Origin: an uncultured Desulfatitalea sp.
GTDB lineage: Bacteria > Desulfobacterota > Desulfobacteria > Desulfobacterales > Desulfosarcinaceae
Reading direction: 5' to 3'
NCBI GenBank assembly: GCA_963668675.2
Contig: CAXXMB010000001.1
Location: 768,001-832,000 of the forward strand
Length of the DNA: 64,000 nucleotides
The first letter of the stretch is position 1; the number at the start of each line of letters is the position of its first letter. Below the pieces are notes generated by a model. The model had not been told where the DNA came from. It ran no database searches and saw only the letters and a list, made by a program, of their open reading frames with translations. The position numbers and the translations under genes are program-made. This document shows positions 19,573-29,908 of this stretch, piece after piece.

Positions 19573-22500
19573 TCATATGGAATTTAGGTTATCAAGTTTG
19601 ACCAGACGTAATCCAAATTCTGCCATCTTATATATGAAAATGCCATCCACTTGCAACCAGCCATCGGCCATGATCACCGGCTCTTCCCCCTCTTCGACGG
19701 AGGTGATCACCGCGTCCACCGATACCGTTTGATTGGACGGGATAACCTGGCCGCGATATTGCCACTCGTGGGCACGGTCGCAGAGGGTCTCAAATCGATG
19801 AGATGCCAGCAGATTTGGCCAGCGCCGGATGGCGGCGTATTTGACGAGCTGCAGAAAGGACTCCACACCGAGGGATCCGGGGCAGACCGGATCCTGATAG
19901 AAGTGGGCTTTGAAAAACCACTCTGAGGCATCGACCTTTTTGTGCCCGCGTAGAAAACCCAATCCATTTGGACCGCCGTTGGGAGCGTATACATCTATCT
20001 GATCGATCATGCAGAGGCTTCTGGCCGGCATTTCCAATCCGACAGGGTGGAAGGGGGAGCCTTTAGGCGCATCGTCAGGTAAAATTGGCGGTTCGCTCGG
20101 AAGGGAAATCGTCGCCTTGCCATCCAAATCGGCAGGCGTTGGCTCATAATGCGATTCCCGCAGTCCCACCTGCTGGTCGAGGGCCTGATCCGTGAAGAAC
20201 CCGAAATAGGTATCGCCGGTGTAGAGAGGACGGCCTTCCGTCCAAACCTCGAAATCGAAATGCTCGATGAGCATGTCCGCTGCTTCGGAGACTTTGGTCA
20301 TGCGGGTGCGCATGGTCAGCATCCGGTCTGATGGGGTGATGTTGGCATGTACCGTTCCATGGCCTCCCAAATTGCGAAACTTCAGATCCTTCTCGCTTTT
20401 AAGGGCGGAACCGGCATAGGCGGCCAGCCAACCGCATGGCTGAAGGGCGATCTCCAACAAAACGCAGAAGGGTATTGCGCCGCTGCGATCTGCGGCAAAA
20501 TACCACTCGTCGGCCGAGATATCGTATTGCGCCTCGACCCATCCACCGGCACGGACGATCCAGGGTTCCGGCTCAATCGCGGTGACGCGGTCCATGAAGC
20601 AGTAGGGCGGCCCTGGCAGACGGGCGATTTTTCTTTTCCGGTCAAAGACGCTGTACGCATCGCCAAAGGCTTCGGAGGGCTTTCCCACGGCAAATGCCAA
20701 TATCTGCTCCTGGGTATAGAGAGGCGGTTTGGCAATCGCTTCGGGTATCGATGCCACGGCCGCCGATTTCATCTCCGGCTGGGTGTCAGACAGCTGTCGC
20801 TGGCGCCAGAACGTTTGGATCTCCTCGCCGGTGGTTCCAGTCATCTGCATGGACATATCCTTGAAGAAGACGATGTAGTGGCCGTCGGCATACATATGGG
20901 CATCGGCCAGCACATAGGGCTCAGGGCGATAGCCGATCTCCTTGATCTCCAGTTCGTAATGAACCTTTTTCGTGTTTGGGGTAACGGGCCCACGGCACTT
21001 GAGCCGGCAGGGAATGTCGACCACCGGCTCGTAGCACACCCCGGGGCGATGGGTTACCCAGCCGAGGCGCAGCAGGAAGATCCTTAGTGTGTGGGCGCAA
21101 CACTCGTACATCAGAGTGCCCGGCATCACCTTGTCGTCCACAAAGTGGCAGGTAAGAAACCAGTCCTTCGGATGGATGTCCGCCTCGCCGCGGATGGTAC
21201 CCAGTCCCCATCGCCCTCCCTGGGGCTTTATGTCGACAATACGATCGATAAGCCGCATTCGTTGGCCGGGAAGGCGCAAGGCCGGCGGCAGGTGAATCTT
21301 TTCGAAGAGGCTTCCGAAACAGGCCTGGGCATCGCCACTGCGCAGCGCATCGATTTGATGATCGTCATAAGATGAATCTGTGAATGGTATCAGTGGGGTA
21401 AAAGGGGATCCCTTGATCTGTGATTCACGTGCGCGGTCTTCGTCGGTGAGGATGATGCCTCCGGAGTTGCGGACCTCCTCCTCGGTGAAAAAGCCTGCGC
21501 AGCCATCGGTCATGGTGATCAGGTGTTCATCTCCGATATGGCCCTCGTATCGGAAGAAAAAGAGGTAGGTCGGCCCCTGCTTTACGAATTTATCAATATG
21601 GATATCGTACCGGATGGTCTCTCCGGGTTGGGGAAGGCCACGATGGAAATGGATTTTGGCATCGAGTAGTCGATAGCTGCGCTCTCCTTTGACCTGATGA
21701 TCGATACCCAAATAGCTGCTCAGGAAGAGGTCGGCCTGGCCTGCTTCGACTGAGATGCAGACCGGTGCACGATCGCCGTCAAGATACCAGGCATCATCGT
21801 GCACATCGTGCTCAGTGACCACACGGCCCGATCCGAGGCTGCACCTTTCCCCTTCCACAAGCAGGATGCGATCCACCAGCATCAAAGGTTCGTCCGGAAG
21901 GCGAACCCGCACCTTGTAGCTATCCACGATATCAAACTCGGGGCCAAGCACCTGTCCCACCGATCCAATGGCAAAGGCCATGCACTGCTCACGGTCGAAC
22001 GCCACTGGAGTGCTCGTGTGTAATGGTGCGGGGTGGGAGTGAAGGGAAGGGGGCGGCGGCCCATGGGCACTGGCGGTGCCGTCGTGAAGATCGGCCATCA
22101 TCCCCATGAGCCTGTTTTGCATCTCGAATGCCTTGCCGAATTCCCGGGTCATCTCCTGGGAGAGATCGAGAAACGATTGGTGGGCGCGAGCCGTGGCAGC
22201 TACATTGGCGTTAAGTTCCTCGATCATTTTTGCAAGTTCGAGCATTTTTGACGATCTGTCGGCTCCCCCCGTTTCGGAAGGGGCGTTACTGGTGGATACA
22301 ATGGGATCCGGCTCCTCTGTTTCCAAAGGGCTGTGCGTTACAACCGTATCACTGGTCATCGTTGCTCCAGCGTTCGTCTGAATGAAAGGCGGGGGCGGTA
22401 AGGGTAGAGGGTGTCCCCCTACAGGTACGTTTATGGCGTTGGGTTTTGGCGTTGCACCTGTTTCAAAATGGTCACTGGAATAGCCGTAAAGGGCGTCAAG

Positions 22501-25500
22501 ATTGACCTCTACGCCTGCAGCAGCCAGGGTGCCTATGCATTTTAGTAGGGAGAAACACTCATCCTCGCCACGTACATTGGCCGCCACGGCCAGATGGGGT
22601 CGATCACTTAGAATTTGTCGGACCATGCGTGTACACGAAGATTGTGGACCGGCCTCGACAAAGATTCGTGCCCCGTCGTCATACGCTTTTTGGATGGTGC
22701 GCGGAAAATCGAAACCGTGCAGCGCCTGGCCCAGTATGGCATCGGCGGCGGCGTCCGGTGTGACAGTATATGATTCGGCAAGGGCGCCGCTATAAAAACG
22801 CACGCCGTCCACCGGCCTCGCCTCCGAAAAATGGTGAAGGGCCCTATAATCTTCGGCCACCGGTTGCGCAGCGTCACAGTGCACGGTGACCACGCCATCC
22901 AGGTAGAGGGCTTCGCATTTGAGCCGCTTAATGGCCTTCTCTACCTCAGGCTCAAGCCCACCGATCACGCACTCGTTGGGGGTATTGACAATGAGTCGCC
23001 TGACGTGAGGTGCGTCGGAAATGGCCTTGTCCACTTTATCGACCGAACGGTTGACCACGGCAACGCGCCACTTCACAGGATGGCCCGACGGTAGTTTCCA
23101 CGCCTGTTGCAATGCCTTGCATGGACCTGAGAGCTGGGTTTTGAAAAGCTCTGACGAGGCGAGGCGGTCGAGCATTTGACCATGATCGGGCCAGGCGCCG
23201 AGCCCGAAGAGTCCTGCGGACTCGCCAAGGCTGTAACCGATGACGGCATCGGGTCTGGGCAGAAACTTCTGAAGCAGATGGGCCATTTGAACGCCGAAGA
23301 CGACCTGTCCGAAAATGGTGTGCAGGGGATCGGCAACAAGGGCCTGGTAGCTCTTGGCCTGCCAGCCGTTGCGCCAATCGGTGCGCCACGGATCGTAAAG
23401 GCGGGGCAACATTTGAGATTTGAGACAGTCGGTGGCACGGTCCATCCCATGCAACACCTCCGGCCAGTGGGCACCCAATTCACGGCCCATGCCGACATAG
23501 TGATTGCCCGAACCGGGAAAGACAAATGCCAGCTGGCCCTTGTGGCCACCTATCGCCGGAAAGTGGCAGATACCGCCATCCGCTCCCATGGTGCGCTGTT
23601 CTCCACTCTGAAGGAGGGCACGGGCCTGATGAATCAGATCGAAAAGCGCCTCGGGTGACGACGCCACCAGGGAAACGGGATCTCCGCAGTGCATGGCCGG
23701 TTGGCTGGAGTGATGCCATTCACGGGCTATGCTTTCCATGAGTGCTTCGGCGGGTATGTGTCGCCCACGGCCTCTTTGCCGGGCAAGCAGTTCAAGCTGC
23801 TTCAGATTGCCAATGGTATCATCTGCCGTTTCGCCGTTAACAATAAAAAGGGCATAGGGCAGGGGGCCCATGGGACGATGGCGACGCCTGACCGTCTGCA
23901 ATGTTTCTGATATCTCAATTTCAGGTTCGCTCAATATCGCATGTTTGTAATTGCCGTCCATCGTCATGGCCCCGACGCAGGCGCTGCGCGGGCCTTGACT
24001 GCGGTTACGAACCCAGAAGGTGCTCCTATTCGGAAAGTGAAACGGGCTGCTGTGCCATGAGGTGTGGTGGGGCGATTCAAATGAGGGCATGGCCGGCAGC
24101 AGTCGGTGGAAGAGGCAAAGGGATGTCTTGGCGAGCGATGCCAGGCCTGAAACGGCACCCGTGTGACCTGTCAGCGGTTTGAGTGCACCTATTGCAACGC
24201 TGTTTTCCTCTTTGCCCTCACCTTTTTTAAAGAGGCCGGTCAGTGCCTCTGCTTCGACACTATCCTCTTCAGGGATGCCGCTGCCATGGGTTTCGACAAA
24301 GCTGATGTCAGCTTTTGAGATGCTGGCATCTGCAAGGGCTATGTCCAGGGCATTACAATAGGCGGAAACCGATGCCTCTCTGTTATTTTTTGTGCCCCCG
24401 TGGGCGCTTCCCACGCCTTTGATCACCGCATAGATGCGGTCGCCATCCGCTTTCGCATCCTCAAGCCGTTTCAGGACCAAGGCCACGGCGCCTTCACCGG
24501 GAAGGGTGCCGTCGGCAGCCCTGTCAAAAGGTTTAACCTGACCCGAGTCGGACAACGTATCGGGATGATAGAACGTTACAAGATTGCGTTCATCACAATT
24601 GAGGTCCACTGCACCTACCAGCATGGTATCGGTCAGACCTTCCTGGAGCATGCGTACCGCAATTTCTGCGGCCTGCAAGCCGGAGCCCTCCTCGGAAGAG
24701 ACGACAAAAGATGGTCCTCCAAATCGAAATTCCCTGGCGATGCGGCTGGCGACGATACCTCCCAGAGCCCCGAGGGTACGCGTTGGCGTAAGGGGAGGGC
24801 CACAGCTCTCTTTTGCTTCAACCAACCACTGCTCTATACGATCTTCATCGAGTGGAATCTGATAACGATCTTGCCATTGTCGAATGAGCGTCGGCAGCAC
24901 CCAACGGAGATGGAAATTGGTCGCTTCGTAGTCAAAACCGATGCCGATCGTCGCTCCCATGCGCTCGCGGCTCTCGTTCAGGGGCAGGCCGGCATCCTGC
25001 ATCGCATTGGCAGTCACCTTGAGCATTAGCAGTTGCTGTGGCAAAATATCGGGAATCTCCCCGGGCGGTATCTTAAACTCCCCCAACTCGACCGACACCT
25101 CGTCGATGAAACCACCACGTGACAACTTCTTGCCCAGGATCGATTCAAGTGTGTCCCGAATTCGCCAGCGACCGGCAGGAGGTGAGATAAGCCCGCTCCG
25201 TCCATGAAACACCGCTTGCTGAAAGGCATTCAGGGATCCTAGTGATCCTATAGCGATATCCATACCGACAATGGCGATTTCGCCAGGTGAATGTTGAGAT
25301 TTCGGAATGTGCTCTTTTCGAAGCTTATCTTCAGGTGCATTTTTTGGAACAACGTGAACAGCGTGGGGCAGCTTCGATTCTGGTTGCCATCTCTCTAAGA
25401 GGATGTGCCCGTTAATGCCTCCAAATCCAAAAGCGCTGACCGCCGCTCTGGCAAATCGCCCCTTATCGTTCAGAGGCCATGGAGCGGCATCGGTTTGGAC

Positions 25501-26745
25501 ATGAAAAGGGATAGTGTTTAAAGGACTGTTCTCGCCCGGAGCTTGGAATTTCAGTGAGGGGGGCAACGTCTGATGATATAGCCCAAGCAGTGTCTTGATC
25601 ATACCGGCCGCCCCAGCCCCGGTGAGCAAGTGTCCGATCATCGATTTGACCGAACCGATGGCGCATGGCCCAGCCGTCGAGGGAGCATCCTGCCATAACA
25701 TACCCAGACTTTTCAGTTCCGTGGCATCGCCCACCAAGGTTCCGGCACCATGGCACTCGATATAGTCTACCTCCCACGGATGCCATCCAGCCGTTTGATA
25801 GGCACTTTGCATGGCCCGCAACTGCCCCTCGGAATCGGGCGCCAGCAGATTGCCCCTCATGTCGTTGGATAGGCCGATGCCATGGATTACGCCATAGATC
25901 GTGTCGCCGTCGCGCAGGGCATCGTCGAGCCTTTTGAGCACCAAAATGCCAGCGCCTTCCCCAACAACAAGGCCATCTGCCGAGGCATCGAATGGCGCAC
26001 AGCGCCCCGAAGGCGACAATGCGCGCAACTGGCTGAATCCAACCTGGGTATAGATCGAATCCGCACCGGAGAGGCCACCAGTGACCATGGCGTCCGCCCT
26101 GTTGGCCTGCAACTCGTTACAGGCCAACTTGACCGCGTAAATCGATGACGCACAGGCCGCATCCAGGGTATATGTTGCGCCCCTAAGACCGAAGGCATCC
26201 GCAACCATGGAAGCTGGGCCACTGACCACTCTGTAACCGCTCGGGACAATCTTTGGAATATCCGAGCCTTGATGAAAGTTGGTGTCCAGCTCCTTTAATA
26301 ATCGGCTACCCATCAAATGGCGCGAAAGCGCCGAGGCGTTGGGTGTCGGTAGCGCAATGGCAGCCAGGATCGTACCGATTCGATCTTTTCCGATCGATCC
26401 CAATCGACACTTCTCCATCGCGTCTCCGGCAGCGAATAGAGCCCATTTATACAATGGATCCAATGATTCTGAAGGGGTGTGATCGGGAAGAAAGCTATCT
26501 ACATCGAAATGAAAGTTTTCGATCAAACAGGCACGCTTGGAATAGGTTTTGTCCGGTGTATATGTGCTGGAATAGATCCAGTCTATCGGGCCCCCCCAGC
26601 GATCCACAGGAATATCGATTGTGGCATCGACCTTCTGAATGATGTTTTCCCAAAAACTGGACAGACCCGTCGCACCAGGAAAGACACCCGACATGGCAAC
26701 CACTGCAATCAAAGGCTTGTTTTTCATAAATTGATCATACCACAT
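19573..26745 (-). CDS. PfaB/C-type PUFA-synthase-like iterative type I PKS subunit (KS-CLF-AT-DH-DH)
   Basis: Active KS (DAACASS, HGAGT, GHLL); second KS lacking Cys (SSEEGSG, CLF); AT (FPGSG, GYSLG); two FabA-like DH motifs (CHFVDDKVMPG, AHFYQDPVCPG). Alternative start at 26727. Confidence 0.9.
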   Translation of the reverse strand: MWYDQFMKNKPLIAVVAMSGVFPGATGLSSFWENIIQKVDATIDIPVDRWGGPIDWIYSSTYTPDKTYSKRACLIENFHFDVDSFLPDHTPSESLDPLYKWALFAAGDAMEKCRLGSIGKDRIGTILAAIALPTPNASALSRHLMGSRLLKELDTNFHQGSDIPKIVPSGYRVVSGPASMVADAFGLRGATYTLDAACASSIYAVKLACNELQANRADAMVTGGLSGADSIYTQVGFSQLRALSPSGRCAPFDASADGLVVGEGAGILVLKRLDDALRDGDTIYGVIHGIGLSNDMRGNLLAPDSEGQLRAMQSAYQTAGWHPWEVDYIECHGAGTLVGDATELKSLGMLWQDAPSTAGPCAIGSVKSMIGHLLTGAGAAGMIKTLLGLYHQTLPPSLKFQAPGENSPLNTIPFHVQTDAAPWPLNDKGRFARAAVSAFGFGGINGHILLERWQPESKLPHAVHVVPKNAPEDKLRKEHIPKSQHSPGEIAIVGMDIAIGSLGSLNAFQQAVFHGRSGLISPPAGRWRIRDTLESILGKKLSRGGFIDEVSVELGEFKIPPGEIPDILPQQLLMLKVTANAMQDAGLPLNESRERMGATIGIGFDYEATNFHLRWVLPTLIRQWQDRYQIPLDEDRIEQWLVEAKESCGPPLTPTRTLGALGGIVASRIAREFRFGGPSFVVSSEEGSGLQAAEIAVRMLQEGLTDTMLVGAVDLNCDERNLVTFYHPDTLSDSGQVKPFDRAADGTLPGEGAVALVLKRLEDAKADGDRIYAVIKGVGSAHGGTKNNREASVSAYCNALDIALADASISKADISFVETHGSGIPEEDSVEAEALTGLFKKGEGKEENSVAIGALKPLTGHTGAVSGLASLAKTSLCLFHRLLPAMPSFESPHHTSWHSSPFHFPNRSTFWVRNRSQGPRSACVGAMTMDGNYKHAILSEPEIEISETLQTVRRRHRPMGPLPYALFIVNGETADDTIGNLKQLELLARQRGRGRHIPAEALMESIAREWHHSSQPAMHCGDPVSLVASSPEALFDLIHQARALLQSGEQRTMGADGGICHFPAIGGHKGQLAFVFPGSGNHYVGMGRELGAHWPEVLHGMDRATDCLKSQMLPRLYDPWRTDWRNGWQAKSYQALVADPLHTIFGQVVFGVQMAHLLQKFLPRPDAVIGYSLGESAGLFGLGAWPDHGQMLDRLASSELFKTQLSGPCKALQQAWKLPSGHPVKWRVAVVNRSVDKVDKAISDAPHVRRLIVNTPNECVIGGLEPEVEKAIKRLKCEALYLDGVVTVHCDAAQPVAEDYRALHHFSEARPVDGVRFYSGALAESYTVTPDAAADAILGQALHGFDFPRTIQKAYDDGARIFVEAGPQSSCTRMVRQILSDRPHLAVAANVRGEDECFSLLKCIGTLAAAGVEVNLDALYGYSSDHFETGATPKPNAINVPVGGHPLPLPPPPFIQTNAGATMTSDTVVTHSPLETEEPDPIVSTSNAPSETGGADRSSKMLELAKMIEELNANVAATARAHQSFLDLSQEMTREFGKAFEMQNRLMGMMADLHDGTASAHGPPPPSLHSHPAPLHTSTPVAFDREQCMAFAIGSVGQVLGPEFDIVDSYKVRVRLPDEPLMLVDRILLVEGERCSLGSGRVVTEHDVHDDAWYLDGDRAPVCISVEAGQADLFLSSYLGIDHQVKGERSYRLLDAKIHFHRGLPQPGETIRYDIHIDKFVKQGPTYLFFFRYEGHIGDEHLITMTDGCAGFFTEEEVRNSGGIILTDEDRARESQIKGSPFTPLIPFTDSSYDDHQIDALRSGDAQACFGSLFEKIHLPPALRLPGQRMRLIDRIVDIKPQGGRWGLGTIRGEADIHPKDWFLTCHFVDDKVMPGTLMYECCAHTLRIFLLRLGWVTHRPGVCYEPVVDIPCRLKCRGPVTPNTKKVHYELEIKEIGYRPEPYVLADAHMYADGHYIVFFKDMSMQMTGTTGEEIQTFWRQRQLSDTQPEMKSAAVASIPEAIAKPPLYTQEQILAFAVGKPSEAFGDAYSVFDRKRKIARLPGPPYCFMDRVTAIEPEPWIVRAGGWVEAQYDISADEWYFAADRSGAIPFCVLLEIALQPCGWLAAYAGSALKSEKDLKFRNLGGHGTVHANITPSDRMLTMRTRMTKVSEAADMLIEHFDFEVWTEGRPLYTGDTYFGFFTDQALDQQVGLRESHYEPTPADLDGKATISLPSEPPILPDDAPKGSPFHPVGLEMPARSLCMIDQIDVYAPNGGPNGLGFLRGHKKVDASEWFFKAHFYQDPVCPGSLGVESFLQLVKYAAIRRWPNLLASHRFETLCDRAHEWQYRGQVIPSNQTVSVDAVITSVEEGEEPVIMADGWLQVDGIFIYKMAEFGLRLVKLDNLNSI

Positions 26746-27215
26746 TGATTTGATTCAAAAATACGACCTATAGCCGACGAATTTTCATTTGGCAAGCGTA
26801 AATGGCTCAATTTTAACATTCAACAGAATATCTGAGGATGAAGTTGTACCAAAACAAGGAAGAATTTATCGGGAATCGTGTCTCATTTAAATGTCAATAG
26901 GTTTGAATCTAAAATTTTGGAAAAAATGCAATTTTAAAGTAGCTTTATTATATGTATATGTCGTTATATTATGTAATGTATATAATTGTGCAAAATTAAC
27001 TCTAATATATTTAATTAATGGCAAATTAAACTAAATAAGTTTTTATATATTTGTAAAAATACCTATTTTTATACCATAAAAGATACCGATTTTTTCGATA
27101 TTGACCTCATAATGCTTACTTGCAACAAGAACAGGTCAATAGGGTGCGCTTCCATTTAGCGCAAATGCGGCTTCAAAGATAGGGAAGAGAGAAAAATTCA
27201 AAAAAAGGAGGATGA

Positions 27216-27503
27216 ATGAAAAGATCGACTATGGTTTTATTTACCATGATGACAGTAGCGTTAATGATGGCATGGGCAGTTCCAGCTCTCGCGGAAGAGG
27301 CTGGACTGGTGAACATCAACACAGCAAGCATCGAACAATTGATGACCCTGGACGGCATCGGCGAGAGCTACGCGGAACGCATCATCGAGTTCCGTGAAAA
27401 GAATGGGACTTTCCAAAGTCCTGAAGATTTGCTTAAAATCAAGGGCATAGGAGAAAAGACGCTTGAAACTAACAAAGGTCGCATTTTAGTTCAGAATCAG
27501 TAA
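27216..27503 (+). CDS. comEA: ComEA-family helix-hairpin-helix DNA-binding protein
   Basis: Signal peptide; VNINTAS, LDGIGE and IKGIGEK motifs; AAGGAGG RBS. Confidence 0.9.
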   Translation: MKRSTMVLFTMMTVALMMAWAVPALAEEAGLVNINTASIEQLMTLDGIGESYAERIIEFREKNGTFQSPEDLLKIKGIGEKTLETNKGRILVQNQ

Positions 27504-27521
27504 AGGATAGTGCAAGAGGGG

Positions 27522-27560
27522 AGAACCAGAAACCCGACTATCGGGTTTCTGGTTCTATTT
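27522..27560 (+). terminator. Intrinsic terminator after comEA
   Basis: Perfect 16-bp stem AGAACCAGAAACCCGA/TCGGGTTTCTGGTTCT with a 3-nt loop. Confidence 0.75.
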
Positions 27561-27683
27561 CTGGCTGACTACGAGCACCATAATTTCACATCCGCGAAAA
27601 AATCTCGCCTCATCATACCAATCATCGCACATTCGGTTTAAGATCTCATAAAAAACTTAAACAATAGATAAATTCATGTCCTA

Positions 27684-27720
27684 TTGACAGGGATTACCAA
27701 ATATGTTCAATAGGCGAACG
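27684..27720 (+). promoter_or_regulatory. Putative sigma70 promoter with an overlapping GTTC-N7-GAAC palindrome
   Basis: TTGACA at 27684-27689; GTTC 27705-27708 and GAAC 27716-27719 overlap the expected -10 region. Confidence 0.4.
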
Positions 27721-27960
27721 CATACTCAAATGTTTGAATTTATTTCAATCCATTTGTCATGAAGAATTTGCGAGACACGTAGGTTGGTTCTCCATAATTT
27801 AAATGGCACATGAGTTTACCCTACTGGTCTGACCTAGGCATTTGCCGCCTTTAAACTCTTCCCTGTACGGTAACGCCATCTTAAATATCGTCGGTTATGT
27901 GAAGCCATGATTGGAAGTCACCATGCGGAGCTATTTAACCAAGGCCAGGTGAGCCCTTCT

Positions 27961-28593
27961 ATGGATCCAGTAAAAATCAAGTTGCTGAGAGTACTGGAGG
28001 CACTCGGGGATAATGGTGTGCAAAGTCAGCGTGCACTTTCTGTGAGCCTCAATATTTCATTGGGAACTGTGAACGCTTTGATCCAAGGGGGGATTAAAAG
28101 AGGGCATCTGACGGTAGCGTTGTCGGATGAGAAAAAAACAACTTATTCAATAACTCCGAAAGGTATGGAACGGAAATCTGAGTTGGCCGTCCAATATATT
28201 CAAAATTCACTAGAGCACTATAAGTATATAAAACTTACAATTCAGGGTTTGATTGAACATCTGGCTGCCTCAGGAGTGAGAAATGTCGTTCTTTATGGAG
28301 CAAATGAGTTTTCGGAAATTTTTTGCATTGCAATTCAGAAGTATGATCTCAACCTTGTGGCCATACTTGATAGCGAACAAGAAGGGAAAAAGATAGCTGA
28401 AAAAACAGTACTGGACAGCTCTTTTCTCCATAAGACCCAATTTGACGCAATGATAATCACCTCAATGCCGATACCTGATTCACTGACAAAAATTTTAGCA
28501 ACAGGCGGTGTTTCATTCTCAAACATCTATAGCATCAGAGATCTATTTAATACCGATACCATCCAAAAAGCGTTTAAAAATAAATGCTTTTAA
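27961..28593 (+). CDS. MarR-type winged-helix regulator with a C-terminal Rossmann-like domain (EPS-locus associated)
   Basis: SQRALS...ISLGTVN HTH, YSITPKG wing and VVLYGANE. Alternative start at 27907. Confidence 0.8.
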   Translation: MDPVKIKLLRVLEALGDNGVQSQRALSVSLNISLGTVNALIQGGIKRGHLTVALSDEKKTTYSITPKGMERKSELAVQYIQNSLEHYKYIKLTIQGLIEHLAASGVRNVVLYGANEFSEIFCIAIQKYDLNLVAILDSEQEGKKIAEKTVLDSSFLHKTQFDAMIITSMPIPDSLTKILATGGVSFSNIYSIRDLFNTDTIQKAFKNKCF

Positions 28594-28726
28594 AACGATA
28601 TCGGGAGGATATCGGCGAGTCATACCGTGGTGGAATAATAAGGCTGTATGTGCCAACTACAGCGAGGCACAGATTAGAAGAACAATTGCCCTTATCAGGG
28701 GGCGTATATATTTCGCGGAGGCGTTT

Positions 28727-29839
28727 GTGCGAATTGTACTAGTTGGATCGAAGCATGCGGATCGCCGCAATATGGAACACCTCGTATATCGCATCGGTGA
28801 AATCATGGATTGTCGCCATACCGTTTCGATCGTTGGACCAAGTCGTGTATCGGAACGAATTGAACGGAAATTTAAGTGGTTTTCATGGGAAAAAATTCAG
28901 CACGACGGGTTCCTGTTTAATCTTTGTATCGATCCGATATCATCAAGGATCGTACGACTAGTGAAACACGCGAAATCGTGGCGGCCGGACGTATTGGTCG
29001 CTTTGGGAAGTATTGGAGTCAACGGTTTGGCCGTTTCGATTGCGGGAAAACTGGCAGGCATACCCAGTGTGGTTCGCTTGACGAGTGATGTCTTCAAGGT
29101 ATATTCTTCAAAGCCGAAGCTCCGGCAGAAACTGAGAATGTTCATTCGTAACAATATTCTTGGTTATATCGCACTTAAAACAGCGGATCGTGTCTTACTG
29201 CTCCACGAAAGCCAGCGTTCCCAAATGGTTTCTTTAGGTATCCCACCTCATCGACTCCTTGTGGCACCGCAGCCCATTGTTTTCCCGGAACATCAGTCAG
29301 AAGATTTGCAGGAGATACGAAAGGAATTGGGAATTACCAAAGAAGCCCTTGTTGTGCTCTCGACGATGCGACTGGATCCGGACAAACGAACGGATCTTAT
29401 GGCAAAGGTGGTTAATCACGTCTTGAGCATGGATGTCCAGCGACCGGTACATTTTGTCATTATCGGTGATGGTGAATGTCGTGTAAAACTTCAAGAAAGA
29501 ACTGCACTTTACCATTCAAGGGTCCATTTTTTAAAAGAGCTACCGAGAGATAAGCTTGCCTCATATTACCGCACTGCCAACCTATACCTGCATCTTTCAA
29601 AAAGTGAGGGGCTTTCCAATTGTATTGCTGAGGCGCTTTACTTCGGATTGCCTGTCATCGCCAGTGATTCAGGCACGATTACGAGAAGTATGGTATCCAA
29701 TGTGGTCGATGATTATAAAGATATCGGTAGTATGATTATTAGCGGGGGTGTAAAGAGAGATATGCTCCCGGGTGAATTGCTACCTGATAACAACCATCTG
29801 GCGTGGTTGAAAGCAGTAGAATTGGAGTTTCAAAATTAA
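28727..29839 (+). CDS. Glycosyltransferase family 4
   Basis: GTG start after GGAGG; IIGDG and EGLSNCIAEA motifs. Confidence 0.85.
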   Translation: MRIVLVGSKHADRRNMEHLVYRIGEIMDCRHTVSIVGPSRVSERIERKFKWFSWEKIQHDGFLFNLCIDPISSRIVRLVKHAKSWRPDVLVALGSIGVNGLAVSIAGKLAGIPSVVRLTSDVFKVYSSKPKLRQKLRMFIRNNILGYIALKTADRVLLLHESQRSQMVSLGIPPHRLLVAPQPIVFPEHQSEDLQEIRKELGITKEALVVLSTMRLDPDKRTDLMAKVVNHVLSMDVQRPVHFVIIGDGECRVKLQERTALYHSRVHFLKELPRDKLASYYRTANLYLHLSKSEGLSNCIAEALYFGLPVIASDSGTITRSMVSNVVDDYKDIGSMIISGGVKRDMLPGELLPDNNHLAWLKAVELEFQN

Positions 29840-29908
29840 AAATGAAGTTGTCTGACTGAGTTAGAAAAAGGGGAATAATATTCAGTGTAAAATCTTAAAG
29901 GTGAGTAA

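Noticed and set aside
27820..27880. Possible JUMPstart/ops element before the glycan operon
   Set aside because: ACGGTAACGC is only a weak match to GGCGGTAG, and the JUMPstart hairpin is absent.
28508..28726. N-terminal extension of the first GT4 in the ORF track
   Set aside because: Overlaps the regulator gene; GTG 28727 has a GGAGG RBS and gives a typical GT4 N-terminus.
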